Assembly (NCBI GenBank): GCA_018712915.1 | Contig: DVGC01000058.1 | Span: 21,091 to 53,090, forward strand | Direction of reading: 5' to 3' | Origin: Candidatus Copromonas faecavium (nom. illeg.) | Lineage (GTDB): Bacteria > Bacillota > Clostridia > Lachnospirales > Lachnospiraceae | DNA length: 32,000 bases | Part shown: in pieces, positions 1 through 8,514 of the stretch | How positions within the stretch are numbered: the first letter of the stretch is position 1 | Layout: each line of letters starts with the position of its first letter | Notes under the pieces: generated by a model | Told to the model about the DNA's origin: nothing | Database searches by the model: none | Seen by the model: the letters and a program-made list of their open reading frames with translations, nothing else | Position numbers and translations under genes: made by a program

Positions 1-590
1 CGGCCCTGATGAGTGTTTCCACCATCGTTCTCAATCAGATGCTGGTGGTATACGGCAACGCGCCGGTGGCCGCCATCGGGATTGTCTTTAAGGCCAACAT
101 GTTCATCACCTTCCTCCAGATGGGACTGGCCAACGGCGTTCAGCCGCTTTTAGGCTATAATTACGGCTCCGGCAATGGAAAGCGCTTCCGCGAGGTGGAA
201 TGGTTTACGAAAAAATGCTGCCTGGTGGTGGGAACCCTGGCCACCCTCCTCTATTTTTTCCTGCGGGAACCTATTATCCGCCTGTTTATCAACGACGATG
301 AGGTAGTACGCTACGGCGTTCAGATGCTGACAGCCTACATGCTCTCCGGCCCGGTTATCGGCTTTCTGTTCGTAAATATGAACAGCCTCCAGTCGGTGGG
401 GCACGCACTGGAAGCCACAATTTTGTCGATCCTGCGGCAGGGGATTCTGCTGATTCCCATTCTGTACCTTTTACAGGCACTTTTCGGGCTCACAGGCATC
501 ATCTTCGGACAGTCTTTAACCGACTGCGCGGCGGTGTTTCTTTCTGCCATTCTCTGGAGAAGCGTCCGCAGGAGACTCCCCGGAAATTAA
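1..590 (+). CDS. MATE family efflux transporter, C-terminal part (5' end lies left of the window)
   Basis: Reading frame is open to position 1. The 193-aa polytopic hydrophobic sequence resembles the C-terminal half of MATE/NorM exporters and the two full-length MATE paralogs in this window. TAA stop at 588-590. Confidence 0.75.
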   Translation, partial: ALMSVSTIVLNQMLVVYGNAPVAAIGIVFKANMFITFLQMGLANGVQPLLGYNYGSGNGKRFREVEWFTKKCCLVVGTLATLLYFFLREPIIRLFINDDEVVRYGVQMLTAYMLSGPVIGFLFVNMNSLQSVGHALEATILSILRQGILLIPILYLLQALFGLTGIIFGQSLTDCAAVFLSAILWRSVRRRLPGN

Positions 591-665
591 CGTCCTTCTG
601 CGAAGCAGAAGCAGCATTCAGCCGGTATTTCCCCGAAAAGTCAGGGAATCAGCTCTCCTTTGGTT

Positions 666-2954
666 TTAGAAGCATTTGCTCCATCCGCAGTTTTTGCACA
701 GGTTGCAGCCGCCCTCAAATACCAATGGTTCTCCACATTCCGGGCAGACCATGGTCTGAGGCGCTCCCTTTCCCGCCTTCGCCTTCACCGCCTTTGGCCT
801 GGGCGCCTTCTGAACAGGCTCCTGTCCGTTTTTCTTTCTGGCAGCCAGTTCTTCCTGAACCTCATTATACATATCCAGGAGGGCATTTCCCACGGCCATG
901 GGGCAGCAGGAACCCCGGCTGGTATCTTCCCTGGTGGCACGGCGCACGGTATAGGACGGGCATGCGCCGGTGGAATTTAACTGGTCGATAATCGTATAAA
1001 TATCAATTCCCCCGCGGGCACTGATGGAAATCATCCGGGACAGGCCAATCATGAAATTATTGCAGCCGCCGGTGGAGCCTTTGCTCAAATAGGTTTCCAG
1101 AAGTGCTCCCGTGTATGGGTCAAAGAGAGCGATACAGTGGAGGCTTCCGCAGCCCGTAATCAGCTTCCGTTTCTTTCCGATGACATCGTCATTGACCTGG
1201 ATGATATCGCCTCTCTTTAATCCGTCACCGGCCACAGCCCCCTTCTGGCTCTTCTCCTCCTCCGGTGTTAAAATTCCCAGCCGCTTGCAGCCGTCCCGGA
1301 AAATCGTAATTCCCTTTAATCCCTTTTCATAGGCATACAGATAAAGGCTTTCCGTTTCTTCCACCGTAAACTGATTGGGCACATTGACCGTGGAACTGAT
1401 GGAAGCGTCAATATGCTGCTGCCAGGTGGACTGCATATTGATTCTCTGACGGTAATCCAGCGTCATGGCCGTCACAAAATAATCCGGCAGCATGGCATCA
1501 TCCGTCAGCTTATGCGCCTTCATATAGTTTTCCACAATCTTTGTATAAACCTTATAATATACGTCCCTGCCATGGAGGGATTCGGTCTTTCTCACATAAT
1601 AATTGGCAAATACCGGCTCAATGCCGCCGGAAATTCCCAGCATAGTGGACAGAGTTCCCGTCGGTGCAATGGTAAGAAGCTGAGAGTTTCGCAGACCGTA
1701 TTTCTTCACCAGCTCTTTTGTGGAAGCCGACGTATTGGCTTCAAAATACGGAGAAGCCATGATGGCCTCCACGCTGCATTTTGGAAAGGCTCCGTCCTCT
1801 TTGGCAAGAAGGGCAGATGCTGCGATGGCCATGTCCGCCATGGCAAATCCAATCCGGTCACAAAGCTCCAGAGACTCCGGTTCTCCGTAAGGGATTCCCA
1901 TCTGAATCAGCATGTCCGCCAGGCCCATGATTCCCAGGCCAATCTGCCTCCACTGCTTCACGCTTTCTCTCTGTTCCTCCAGCGGGTGAAGGGGCATGCC
2001 CTCGTCCAGCACCTCATTAAGCGCCCGGACGCACTCCCGCACACACTGCTTGAAGCTGTCAAAATCAAAGGCAGCATCCGGCGTAAACGGAGACGTCACA
2101 AACCCGGCCAAGTTAATGCTTCCCAAAAGGCAGCTGCCTCCGGCCGGAAGGGGCTCCTCCGCACAGGGATTCACTCCCGCATAAGAAAAGCCCGGAGTCT
2201 CGCTGAGCAGATTCCATCCGGTTACCCGATCCCAGAATAAGGCGCCCGGCTCTGCGTAATCCCAGTTGGTTTCCGCGATATGATGGAACAGTTCTTTTGC
2301 GCGAACCTCCCGTTCAATTTTCTCTCCTGTCGCTTCCCTGGTAAAATGCAGAAGGAAGGTTTCGTTGTTTTTCACCGCCTCCATGAATTTCCCGGAAATC
2401 CGGATGGAGATATTTGCCTTGGTCACCTTCTGCAGATCGGTCTTAATATCGATAAAATGTTCCACATCCGGATGAGAGCAGTCGATGGAAATCATCAGTG
2501 CCCCTCTCCGCCCGTTCTGTCCAATCAAATCCGTCACCAGCGAATACAGATCCATAAAGGAAACTGCGCCGGAAGTCTCCTTGGCCGCATTATTGATTCT
2601 CGCACCCCGGGGACTCAGCCTGGAGATGTCGATACCGCAGCCGCCCCCGTAGCTGTAGGTTCTGGCTAACTTCTTGGCACACTCAAAAATACTCTCAATT
2701 TCGTCCTCCGGAGGCTCGATGACGTAACAGTTGGACAATGTGATTTTCCGGCCCTCGTATTCCAGCCCCCGGTTGGCCAGAATCCGTCCTCCAAACAGGA
2801 ATTTCTTTTCCCGGACCAGACGGATAACCTCCTGATTTCCGGCACTGATACGGGAAAGCCACTGCTCAAAGGTTTCCCCGTTGTTGCAGTATTTTCTTTT
2901 CCAGATGTCGATTCCCAGCTGGTTCTCCTGCCCCAGCCACTCTTCAATTTCCAT
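666..2954 (-). CDS. nrdJ: Adenosylcobalamin-dependent (class II) ribonucleotide reductase
   Basis: The long ORF carries RNR catalytic-core strings (CNLGSINL-like GSCLLGSINL, NPCAEEPL) and a C-terminal CxxC...CxxC zinc ribbon (CPECGEPLVFEGGCNLCKNCGW). I place the start at ATG 2954 (MEIEEWLG) because GGAGGAAG lies 5 nt upstream. The ORF-track start at 3104 has no SD. Confidence 0.85.
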   Translation of the reverse strand: MEIEEWLGQENQLGIDIWKRKYCNNGETFEQWLSRISAGNQEVIRLVREKKFLFGGRILANRGLEYEGRKITLSNCYVIEPPEDEIESIFECAKKLARTYSYGGGCGIDISRLSPRGARINNAAKETSGAVSFMDLYSLVTDLIGQNGRRGALMISIDCSHPDVEHFIDIKTDLQKVTKANISIRISGKFMEAVKNNETFLLHFTREATGEKIEREVRAKELFHHIAETNWDYAEPGALFWDRVTGWNLLSETPGFSYAGVNPCAEEPLPAGGSCLLGSINLAGFVTSPFTPDAAFDFDSFKQCVRECVRALNEVLDEGMPLHPLEEQRESVKQWRQIGLGIMGLADMLIQMGIPYGEPESLELCDRIGFAMADMAIAASALLAKEDGAFPKCSVEAIMASPYFEANTSASTKELVKKYGLRNSQLLTIAPTGTLSTMLGISGGIEPVFANYYVRKTESLHGRDVYYKVYTKIVENYMKAHKLTDDAMLPDYFVTAMTLDYRQRINMQSTWQQHIDASISSTVNVPNQFTVEETESLYLYAYEKGLKGITIFRDGCKRLGILTPEEEKSQKGAVAGDGLKRGDIIQVNDDVIGKKRKLITGCGSLHCIALFDPYTGALLETYLSKGSTGGCNNFMIGLSRMISISARGGIDIYTIIDQLNSTGACPSYTVRRATREDTSRGSCCPMAVGNALLDMYNEVQEELAARKKNGQEPVQKAPRPKAVKAKAGKGAPQTMVCPECGEPLVFEGGCNLCKNCGWSKCF

Positions 2955-3077
2955 AATTCTTCCTCCTGATGTGCATGCTATATTTAAAGTGTTTTCATAA
3001 CTGCGAAAAATATGATCGATGCCGCCCATAACTTCTTGGATAATCTGGCTATCCCGCAGCATCATCTTCCATCTACT

Positions 3078-3128
3078 ACCAGATATAGTGTCAAATATCA
3101 TCATATCATTCTATATCCTGTTTTTCAA
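3078..3128 (-). promoter_or_regulatory. Putative nrdJ promoter (TTGAAA-17 nt-TATGAT) overlapped by two NrdR-box-like palindromes
   Basis: On the minus strand the -35 TTGAAA is at 3123-3128 and the -10 TATGAT at 3100-3105. ACAGGATATAGAATGA (in the spacer) and ACACTATATCTGGTAG (just downstream of the -10) match the remembered NrdR consensus acaCwAtATaTwGtgt at about 11/16 and 12/16, with starts 30 nt apart. Confidence 0.4.
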
Positions 3129-3140
3129 CCAAAAATCCAT

Positions 3141-3209
3141 GTTCAAAAATAAAACTGCCGCAGACAGAATGCCGTCGTTCTGGAAACGGTTGCATTCTGT
3201 CAGCGGCAG
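3141..3209 (-). terminator. Strong rho-independent terminator, not directly adjacent to any CDS
   Basis: 18-bp stem (3155-3172 / 3192-3209, one mismatch) followed on the minus strand by TTTTATTTTT (3141-3154). Confidence 0.7.
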
Positions 3210-3380
3210 TTATATAATATTCTTGTTCACCAGTTCCGAAAGGAGTGCGGCACAGGCCGTATAGCCGGTGTCCGGTCTCACCTTGATTATCCCGGGAACA
3301 CGCGGCTGCTGGCGAACATTTTTATTTTCAGGCATCCATCCGGGTCCATAATTCCTGGCACAGAAACCTCTTCCAGCTGT

Positions 3381-3417
3381 AAAAAACCCCTTCAGCCGTC
3401 CTGGCTTTGGGCGGCTG
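3381..3417 (-). terminator. Probable terminator of the M20 amidohydrolase gene
   Basis: Hairpin CAGCCGCC / GGACGGCTG starts immediately after the stop codon and is followed by AAGGGGTTTTTT on the minus strand. A 6-nt spacer before the T-run weakens the call. Confidence 0.5.
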
Positions 3418-4620
3418 CTACTCCTGACTTAAAAACTCCGCAGCCACCATGGCCATTGCTCTCGTGCAGAGTTTAATATAGGACTCGTCCACCCGGAACT
3501 CAGGACTGTGCTTGGATGCATCCTCGCAAACACCGGCCCAGATCATGCAGGAGGGTGCCTTCTGGGAGTAAAATCCGAAATCCTCCGCCCCCAAAAGAGG
3601 CTTTTCGCCGGTTTCCAGCCAGTTCTCCGGCTTTTCCCACGTGAAATTTTCAAATAAGGTATCTTCATATTTCCGGAACGTGTCCGCCACAAAACCGGAA
3701 AATTTCTCATCATTATACACAGCCGCATAACCGGGATGCAGTTCACAGTCACAGCTTCCGCCCATCGCCTCTGCAATTCCCCTGGACAGGGTTTCAATCT
3801 TCCTGCACATCGTCTCCCTGGCTTCCTTCGACAGATTCCGCATCATCAGAGACATTTCCACCTTATCCGCAATAATATTGGCTGCGGAACCTCCATGAAT
3901 GACTCCAATATTCAGCGTGGAATGCTCCATCGGAGACATATCTCTCGATACCATGCCGTGCAGGGCCGTCACGATGGCCGCCGCGATATAAATAGCATCC
4001 GTTCCAGCCTCCGGTGTGGAGGAATGGGCCGCCTTTCCATGAACGGTCAGCGTATATCCATCCGAATAAGCCGTCAGATAACCTGTAGATACCGCCAGCT
4101 TTCCCTTTTTTCCATTTTCCACATGAAGGGCAAAGCAGGCGTCCGGTACCTCGTCCATCAATCCGGCTTCTATCATTTGCCGGCCTCCTCCGCCGTGCTC
4201 CTCTGCCGGCTGAAAGACCAGTTTTACTTTTCCTTTCCACTGATCCTTCGTGCGGTTTAAGATCTCTGCCACCGTCAGAAGGTTGGACGTATGAACGTCA
4301 TGCCCGCAGGCATGCATCACTCCGGGATTTTCAGAGGCATACGGAAGGCCCGTGTTTTCCTGAATTGGCAGGGCATCCATATCAGCCCTCAGCATCAGGA
4401 ATTTCCCCGGCTTCCCGCTGTCTATCGCAGCAATGATTCCCGGGCTGCAGGGGCTCTCCTCGTAAGGAATTCCCATCCGCTCCAATTCACTGCGAACCAG
4501 GCTGCTGGTTTTGTACTCATGAAACGCCAGCTCCGGATTTCTGTGAATCTGGTGGCGGATTTCCAGAAGATGAGGTTCCAGCTCATCTGATAAGGCACAA
4601 ATTCGTTCCATCAACTCCAT
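3418..4620 (-). CDS. M20-family amidohydrolase (N-acyl-amino acid amidohydrolase / hippurate hydrolase-like)
   Basis: 400 aa. N-terminal IRHQIHRNPELAFHEYKTS and the MHACGHDVH and PAEE(H)GGG motifs are typical of M20D peptidases. AGGAGGA SD 7 nt before ATG 4620. Confidence 0.8.
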   Translation of the reverse strand: MELMERICALSDELEPHLLEIRHQIHRNPELAFHEYKTSSLVRSELERMGIPYEESPCSPGIIAAIDSGKPGKFLMLRADMDALPIQENTGLPYASENPGVMHACGHDVHTSNLLTVAEILNRTKDQWKGKVKLVFQPAEEHGGGGRQMIEAGLMDEVPDACFALHVENGKKGKLAVSTGYLTAYSDGYTLTVHGKAAHSSTPEAGTDAIYIAAAIVTALHGMVSRDMSPMEHSTLNIGVIHGGSAANIIADKVEMSLMMRNLSKEARETMCRKIETLSRGIAEAMGGSCDCELHPGYAAVYNDEKFSGFVADTFRKYEDTLFENFTWEKPENWLETGEKPLLGAEDFGFYSQKAPSCMIWAGVCEDASKHSPEFRVDESYIKLCTRAMAMVAAEFLSQE

Positions 4621-4659
4621 AAAACATTCCTCCTTCTGCGGTCATCTGCTGCCCGCCTT

Positions 4660-5160
4660 TTATTTCCTGTTTTGCGTTTCCTGTCCTGCCCTCCATACAA
4701 GTCCTGCCGTAATCAAAGCTGCTCCGATACAGTCAATCATCACATCCGTAAACTGCCCGGAACGCCCCGGCACGAAAAGCTGATGAATTTCATCCGTACA
4801 GGCATAGAAAAATACCAGGAAAAAACCTGCCGTCAGCCATTTTCTTCCCCGAAGTCCCCACTGGTACAGCGCATACAGAATCGTAACATGAAAAACTGCG
4901 TATTCAGAAATATGAGCACATTTGCGCACCGGCATACTCATCGCTTCCAGCATTCCTGCATACTGCTCCGGTTCTCCGGAAAACAGCCCGATCCTGGTTC
5001 CAATCCACAAAAGGAGCCGACTGACAAAGTCGCTGGTTTCTGTGGACTGATCCGCCGGCTGGGCAGAAAAACAAAAGATGATAACTGCCATTGCAATCGC
5101 CGGAATCCAGGCCAGATACTTTTTATAACCGATTCCCATACAGGTATTATTTTGGTTCAT
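4660..5160 (-). CDS. VanZ-family membrane protein
   Basis: 166 aa with 4-5 TM segments. The FSAQPADQS...SDF and H..EY..F and DE.HQ.FVPGR strings are typical of the VanZ-like family. Confidence 0.7.
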   Translation of the reverse strand: MNQNNTCMGIGYKKYLAWIPAIAMAVIIFCFSAQPADQSTETSDFVSRLLLWIGTRIGLFSGEPEQYAGMLEAMSMPVRKCAHISEYAVFHVTILYALYQWGLRGRKWLTAGFFLVFFYACTDEIHQLFVPGRSGQFTDVMIDCIGAALITAGLVWRAGQETQNRK

Positions 5161-5300
5161 GCCGTCAAAATCCTTTCCTGATCAACTTTCAGGCTGCGGC
5201 ATGTACGAAAACCACAGCGCTCTGGATTGCGGGGCGCAGAGTATGCAAAAACCTCAGTTCTCCAAATCTCAGGCTGCGGCACAGACCGCACAGTTCCCTC

Positions 5301-6599
5301 CTACAGCGACAGGTTTCCTCTGGCTCTGGCACGCCGGTCCATAATGGAATGAATTACCGGTACCATAAAAATTGCCACAATTCCGCCTGCAAATCCGTTA
5401 TTATAAAGATTCATGCCACCATAAACAATTCCCACATTCAAGGCAACTGAAGAATGCAGATATCCGGCCAGCATTCCCACCAGTATGCCAAATTCTCCTG
5501 CAACAGGTGCCAGTGTAGTAGAAAACAGCAGAGCCAGCATGGGCGACGGCTCGTTGATATCCCAGTCCTTTGTCAGACTTGCAATCACCACCCCCATCAT
5601 GATTGGAGCAATATTCCTTAAATGCTTTCCGGTAGTGCTGAAACCAACGATAGTAAAAATTCCCCCGATGGTAGGGCCGTTCAGATCACCGCCTACAATC
5701 AGCACAAACAATGTGGCAAAGATACCATTGACGGCCATGTTAAAAACCGTGGCCGGTCCGCCCACTTCTTTCAGATAATCAGTGCCGGAAATTCCTGTGC
5801 TTCTTATAATCGTTTTATAGTTGATGAGAAGATTCTTTCCCCCCAGCAGCAGCGCTCCGGCTGCCATAATCAAAAACAGGACTGCAAGAACAATCAGCAT
5901 CTCCCGATCATGGCCCGTATCCCACAAAAGCCTGGACTCCGTTTCCATCCCAAAGGATTTCATAACCGAAACGATTACGGTGGCAATGATCCCGGAAGCA
6001 AATCCTACATTGTAAAGAGAGTATCCCTTATGAGCATAATGAACATGTGTGGACAATGGGGGAAGGACAAAGCCGATCATAATTCCAATCAGAATGCTGA
6101 CAAAAATCCGCACACCGTAAGGAAGCTCCGTCATGTACATAACCTGTGTAATGATCGGAGAAAGACTCGTTCCATAAAGTCCGATATAAATATAACGGGA
6201 TAAATGCATTTTATGATACTTGGAATAAAGATAAACCCCAAGAAGAATCGACCAGATATTAAGAAGATTCTTTCCAAATAAAGAAAATCCAAACATAAGA
6301 CAGCAGGATGTGATGGTATGTCCATCCATCTCCTTGCCCAGAGCGTAAATGATCCCCAGAGAACACAGCGTCAGAACACCGGCATTAATAAAAGCCGCTC
6401 CGATTCCGCCTACCACGAAATAGTCTGTAATCAGGAAGTCCGGCTCCCGTAAGAGCGTCATAAAACCAGGGAAGATTTCATCCAGCGGCTGAAGGAAAAA
6501 TCCGAGTACGATAAAATAAATCGGTATCAGTGCCAGAAGGCCAAACTGCTGCTTTCTTCCAAAGGTATGCGTTTTCCCCATATGTACATTCCTTTCCAT
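5301..6599 (-). CDS. Polytopic integral membrane protein (possibly DUF1576 family)
   Basis: 432 aa with at least 10 predicted TM helices. The family name is from memory only. The true start may be ATG 6581 (MGKTH), which has a GAAAGGA SD upstream. Confidence 0.5.
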   Translation of the reverse strand: MERNVHMGKTHTFGRKQQFGLLALIPIYFIVLGFFLQPLDEIFPGFMTLLREPDFLITDYFVVGGIGAAFINAGVLTLCSLGIIYALGKEMDGHTITSCCLMFGFSLFGKNLLNIWSILLGVYLYSKYHKMHLSRYIYIGLYGTSLSPIITQVMYMTELPYGVRIFVSILIGIMIGFVLPPLSTHVHYAHKGYSLYNVGFASGIIATVIVSVMKSFGMETESRLLWDTGHDREMLIVLAVLFLIMAAGALLLGGKNLLINYKTIIRSTGISGTDYLKEVGGPATVFNMAVNGIFATLFVLIVGGDLNGPTIGGIFTIVGFSTTGKHLRNIAPIMMGVVIASLTKDWDINEPSPMLALLFSTTLAPVAGEFGILVGMLAGYLHSSVALNVGIVYGGMNLYNNGFAGGIVAIFMVPVIHSIMDRRARARGNLSL

Positions 6600-6933
6600 G
6601 ATTTAATCTCTGTCTGTCATGAGCCGCATCCTCTGCTGGTTTTCACACGCGATTTGCCGCTCTGAATCACTACCTTTCAATTATACATGAAAAAGGCTAT
6701 CGTGTACAGCGTTTTTCTGAGAGCCCGGGCGGCATTTTCCAAAATATGACCACAGATAAACGACTGCCACGTCCTGTCCTCGGAGCAAAAACCGGCAGGT
6801 TCCGTATATGCAATAAGTTTATACCGGTCATCCTCCAGGGCAGCTGTTTTCACTGGCTGTCACTGCGGAAATTTTTTCGTTTTCGCCTGCAAGGCTAAGC
6901 ATATTTGCATACTGTCGTGAGGAAATGGGAAGA

Positions 6934-6962
6934 TTGTCGAAATAGGAGGGATGTGATATACT
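6934..6962 (+). promoter_or_regulatory. Putative promoter of the type I toxin mRNA (TTGTCG-17 nt-TGaTATACT, extended -10)
   Basis: -35 at 6934-6939, TG at 6954-6955, -10 TATACT at 6957-6962. This predicts a ~50-nt 5' UTR in which CCCCT (6976-6980) can pair with the AGGGG of the SD (6995-6999). Confidence 0.5.
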
Positions 6963-7014
6963 TCTTTTGTTGCCACCCCTATACCGGCAAGGAAAGGGGG
7001 GCTGACCTACGGAA

Positions 7015-7095
7015 ATGCTCATAACTTTTGCTCTTTCTGTCGTAGCAGGTGTGGTTTGCCACCTCATTTGCAAATGGCTGGACAGAAAGAGGTAG
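7015..7095 (+). CDS. Fst/PepA1-like type I toxin, 26 aa (MLITFALSVVAGVVCHLICKWLDRKR)
   Basis: Small ORF below the ORF-track cutoff. It is a single hydrophobic helix ending in WL-D-RKR, like Fst-family toxins (compare ...SGCAIAFFSYWLSRRNTK of S. aureus PepA1). A GGAAAGGGGGG SD lies upstream and an in-frame TGA lies 4 codons upstream. The locus has the matching antisense RNA and bidirectional terminator. Confidence 0.75.
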   Translation: MLITFALSVVAGVVCHLICKWLDRKR

Positions 7096-7142
7096 ACGGC
7101 AACCAGCCTAGGGCCTAAGCCACCCTGCAAAAACGGAATAGA

Positions 7143-7173
7143 AAACCCCAGAGGCTGCATCCTCTGGGGTTTT
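7143..7173. terminator. Bidirectional rho-independent terminator shared by the toxin mRNA and the antisense RNA
   Basis: AAAACCCCAGAGG-ctgcat-CCTCTGGGGTTTT: a 9-bp GC-rich stem flanked by an A-run and a T-run, so it can terminate on both strands. Confidence 0.8.
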
Positions 7174-7213
7174 TGTTGACCTTACGGCCAAGCTCATAAC
7201 TTTTTGCCTACCG
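7143..7213 (-). ncRNA. Putative antitoxin antisense RNA (~70 nt) of the Fst-like module
   Basis: It would be transcribed from the promoter at 7216-7244 toward the shared terminator. It contains GGCAAAAAGTTATGAGCTTGGCCGTAAGGTCAA, which is complementary to toxin mRNA 7002-7033. That stretch includes a perfect 13-nt match over the last base of the start codon through codon 5 (7017-7029). Confidence 0.65.
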
Positions 7214-7215
7214 GC

Positions 7216-7244
7216 ATTATAGCATATGCAGATTTTTTTTGCAA
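7216..7244 (-). promoter_or_regulatory. Near-consensus sigma-70-type promoter for the antisense RNA (TTGCAA-17 nt-TATAAT)
   Basis: On the minus strand the -35 TTGCAA is at 7239-7244 and the -10 TATAAT at 7216-7221, with exactly 17 nt between them. Confidence 0.7.
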
Positions 7245-7367
7245 GATACAGCAAAATTGGCCTCCTGGCATCGTATGATGATTTCTGCTCCTTCATTCCG
7301 GCAATCTCCCGTATCCATCGTCTATCCTTGCTGCTTTCTGTCCCGGCTGGTTCTTCTGCAGGCCCAG

Positions 7368-8318
7368 TTATCCCAACCGTTTCAAAACCTCCTCCATAAA
7401 AGGCATGGCGGGAATCGCTCCGCGCCGTTCTACGCAAAGAGAAGCCACTGCATTGGCAAAGCGGGCCGCCTCACAGGCCTCCTGCAAGCTCAGCTCCTCC
7501 GGCCGCTTCCCAAACTGGCAGATCTGATACAGAAAACCACCCCAGAAAGAATCTCCGGCCCCCGTTGTATCCACCACCTGGCTCTTATATCCGGGAACCA
7601 CGATTCCGCCTTCCCGGTTTGCCACATAGGCGCCTTTTGCCCCCAGAGTCACAACCACCAGCTTTACTCCCTGGCTGCAGAGGAAGTCAGCCGCCTGCTC
7701 CGGCTCCTCAAAATCTGTCAGAAGTCCCGTTTCCTCATCAGAAATCTTCATAATATCCACATAAGGAATCAGGCTTCTCATCTGCTCTTTAGCGTCCTCC
7801 TCGCTTCTCCAGAGAGAAGCACGGTAATTGGGATCATAGGAAATCAGACTTCCGTTTTCCCTGGCTGTCTGAACAGCATACATGGTCGTTCCTCTGGCCG
7901 GTTCGTCCGTCAGAGACAGCGAGCCCACATGGAAAATTTTCGTATGTTTCAGCACATCAGGGGAAAGCTCTTCCCTTGAAAGCTGTGTGTCCGCTCCCGG
8001 TTTCCTTGCGAAAGAAAAGCTCCGTTCTCCTTCCGGTGTCAGCGCCACAAAAGCAAGCGTCGTAAAGAAATTCGGATCCAGCAGGAAACCGCCTGTATGG
8101 ATCTTTTCCTTTATTAATGTTTCCTTCAGAAATCTTCCATGCATATCATCCCCGGCTTTTCCAAGGAACGCACAGGACGCTCCCAGTCTGGAGGCAGCCG
8201 TCAGTGCATTGGCCGGCGCACCGCCGGGATTCTGAGCAAACAGCTTCTGTCCGTCTCCATTTTCTCCCTGATAGGTAAAATCAATCAAAATTTCTCCAAG
8301 TGCTGTAATATCGTACAT
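7368..8318 (-). CDS. PfkB-family carbohydrate kinase, fructokinase-like
   Basis: 316 aa. N-terminal ALGEILIDF...NPGGAPANA and C-terminal DTTGAGDSF motifs of ribokinase/PfkB sugar kinases. AGGGGGG SD upstream. Confidence 0.8.
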   Translation of the reverse strand: MYDITALGEILIDFTYQGENGDGQKLFAQNPGGAPANALTAASRLGASCAFLGKAGDDMHGRFLKETLIKEKIHTGGFLLDPNFFTTLAFVALTPEGERSFSFARKPGADTQLSREELSPDVLKHTKIFHVGSLSLTDEPARGTTMYAVQTARENGSLISYDPNYRASLWRSEEDAKEQMRSLIPYVDIMKISDEETGLLTDFEEPEQAADFLCSQGVKLVVVTLGAKGAYVANREGGIVVPGYKSQVVDTTGAGDSFWGGFLYQICQFGKRPEELSLQEACEAARFANAVASLCVERRGAIPAMPFMEEVLKRLG

Positions 8319-8514
8319 CCAATTGCCCCCCTGTGGTTTTTATTGTTTTTCAATACACGCTTTTGTTATTGCAACGGCTGCGCCTTTTGTTTACAATAAT
8401 CAATCAGTTTCTTTGCAGACGTAAGACCTGCCCCTTCTTATAGTGGCTTCCAATTTTTATATACCGTTATTCATGCATTTCCGTCAAGCTATCCATTTCT
8501 CTCAAGCCCCTTCC

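Noticed and set aside
1413-2240. Long antisense shadow ORFs inside real genes (for example 1413..2240+, 3736..4260+, 5622..6203+, 12083..12958+, 15983..16483+, 17643..18368+, 20137..20937+, 24379..24888-, 26668..27531+)
   Set aside because: They lie opposite strongly supported CDSs, are Arg/Ser/His-rich with no recognisable motifs, and lack ribosome-binding sites. These are typical shadow frames in ~50% GC DNA.
3210-3380. Cobalamin riboswitch upstream of nrdJ
   Set aside because: Only a loose GGGA...GGTGAGA...CCGGCTATACGG resemblance and no B12-box (AGYCMGGAGACCKGCC-like) sequence. The predicted nrdJ promoter lies downstream of the associated terminator. B12 repression of a B12-dependent RNR is also not expected. 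It is kept only as a cmscan suggestion.
6828-7437. ORF-track entries 6828..7160(-) and 7108..7437(-) (110 and 109 aa)
   Set aside because: They have no SD and odd composition. They run antisense through the toxin ORF, the bidirectional terminator and the antisense promoter, so the type I TA locus explains this DNA better.
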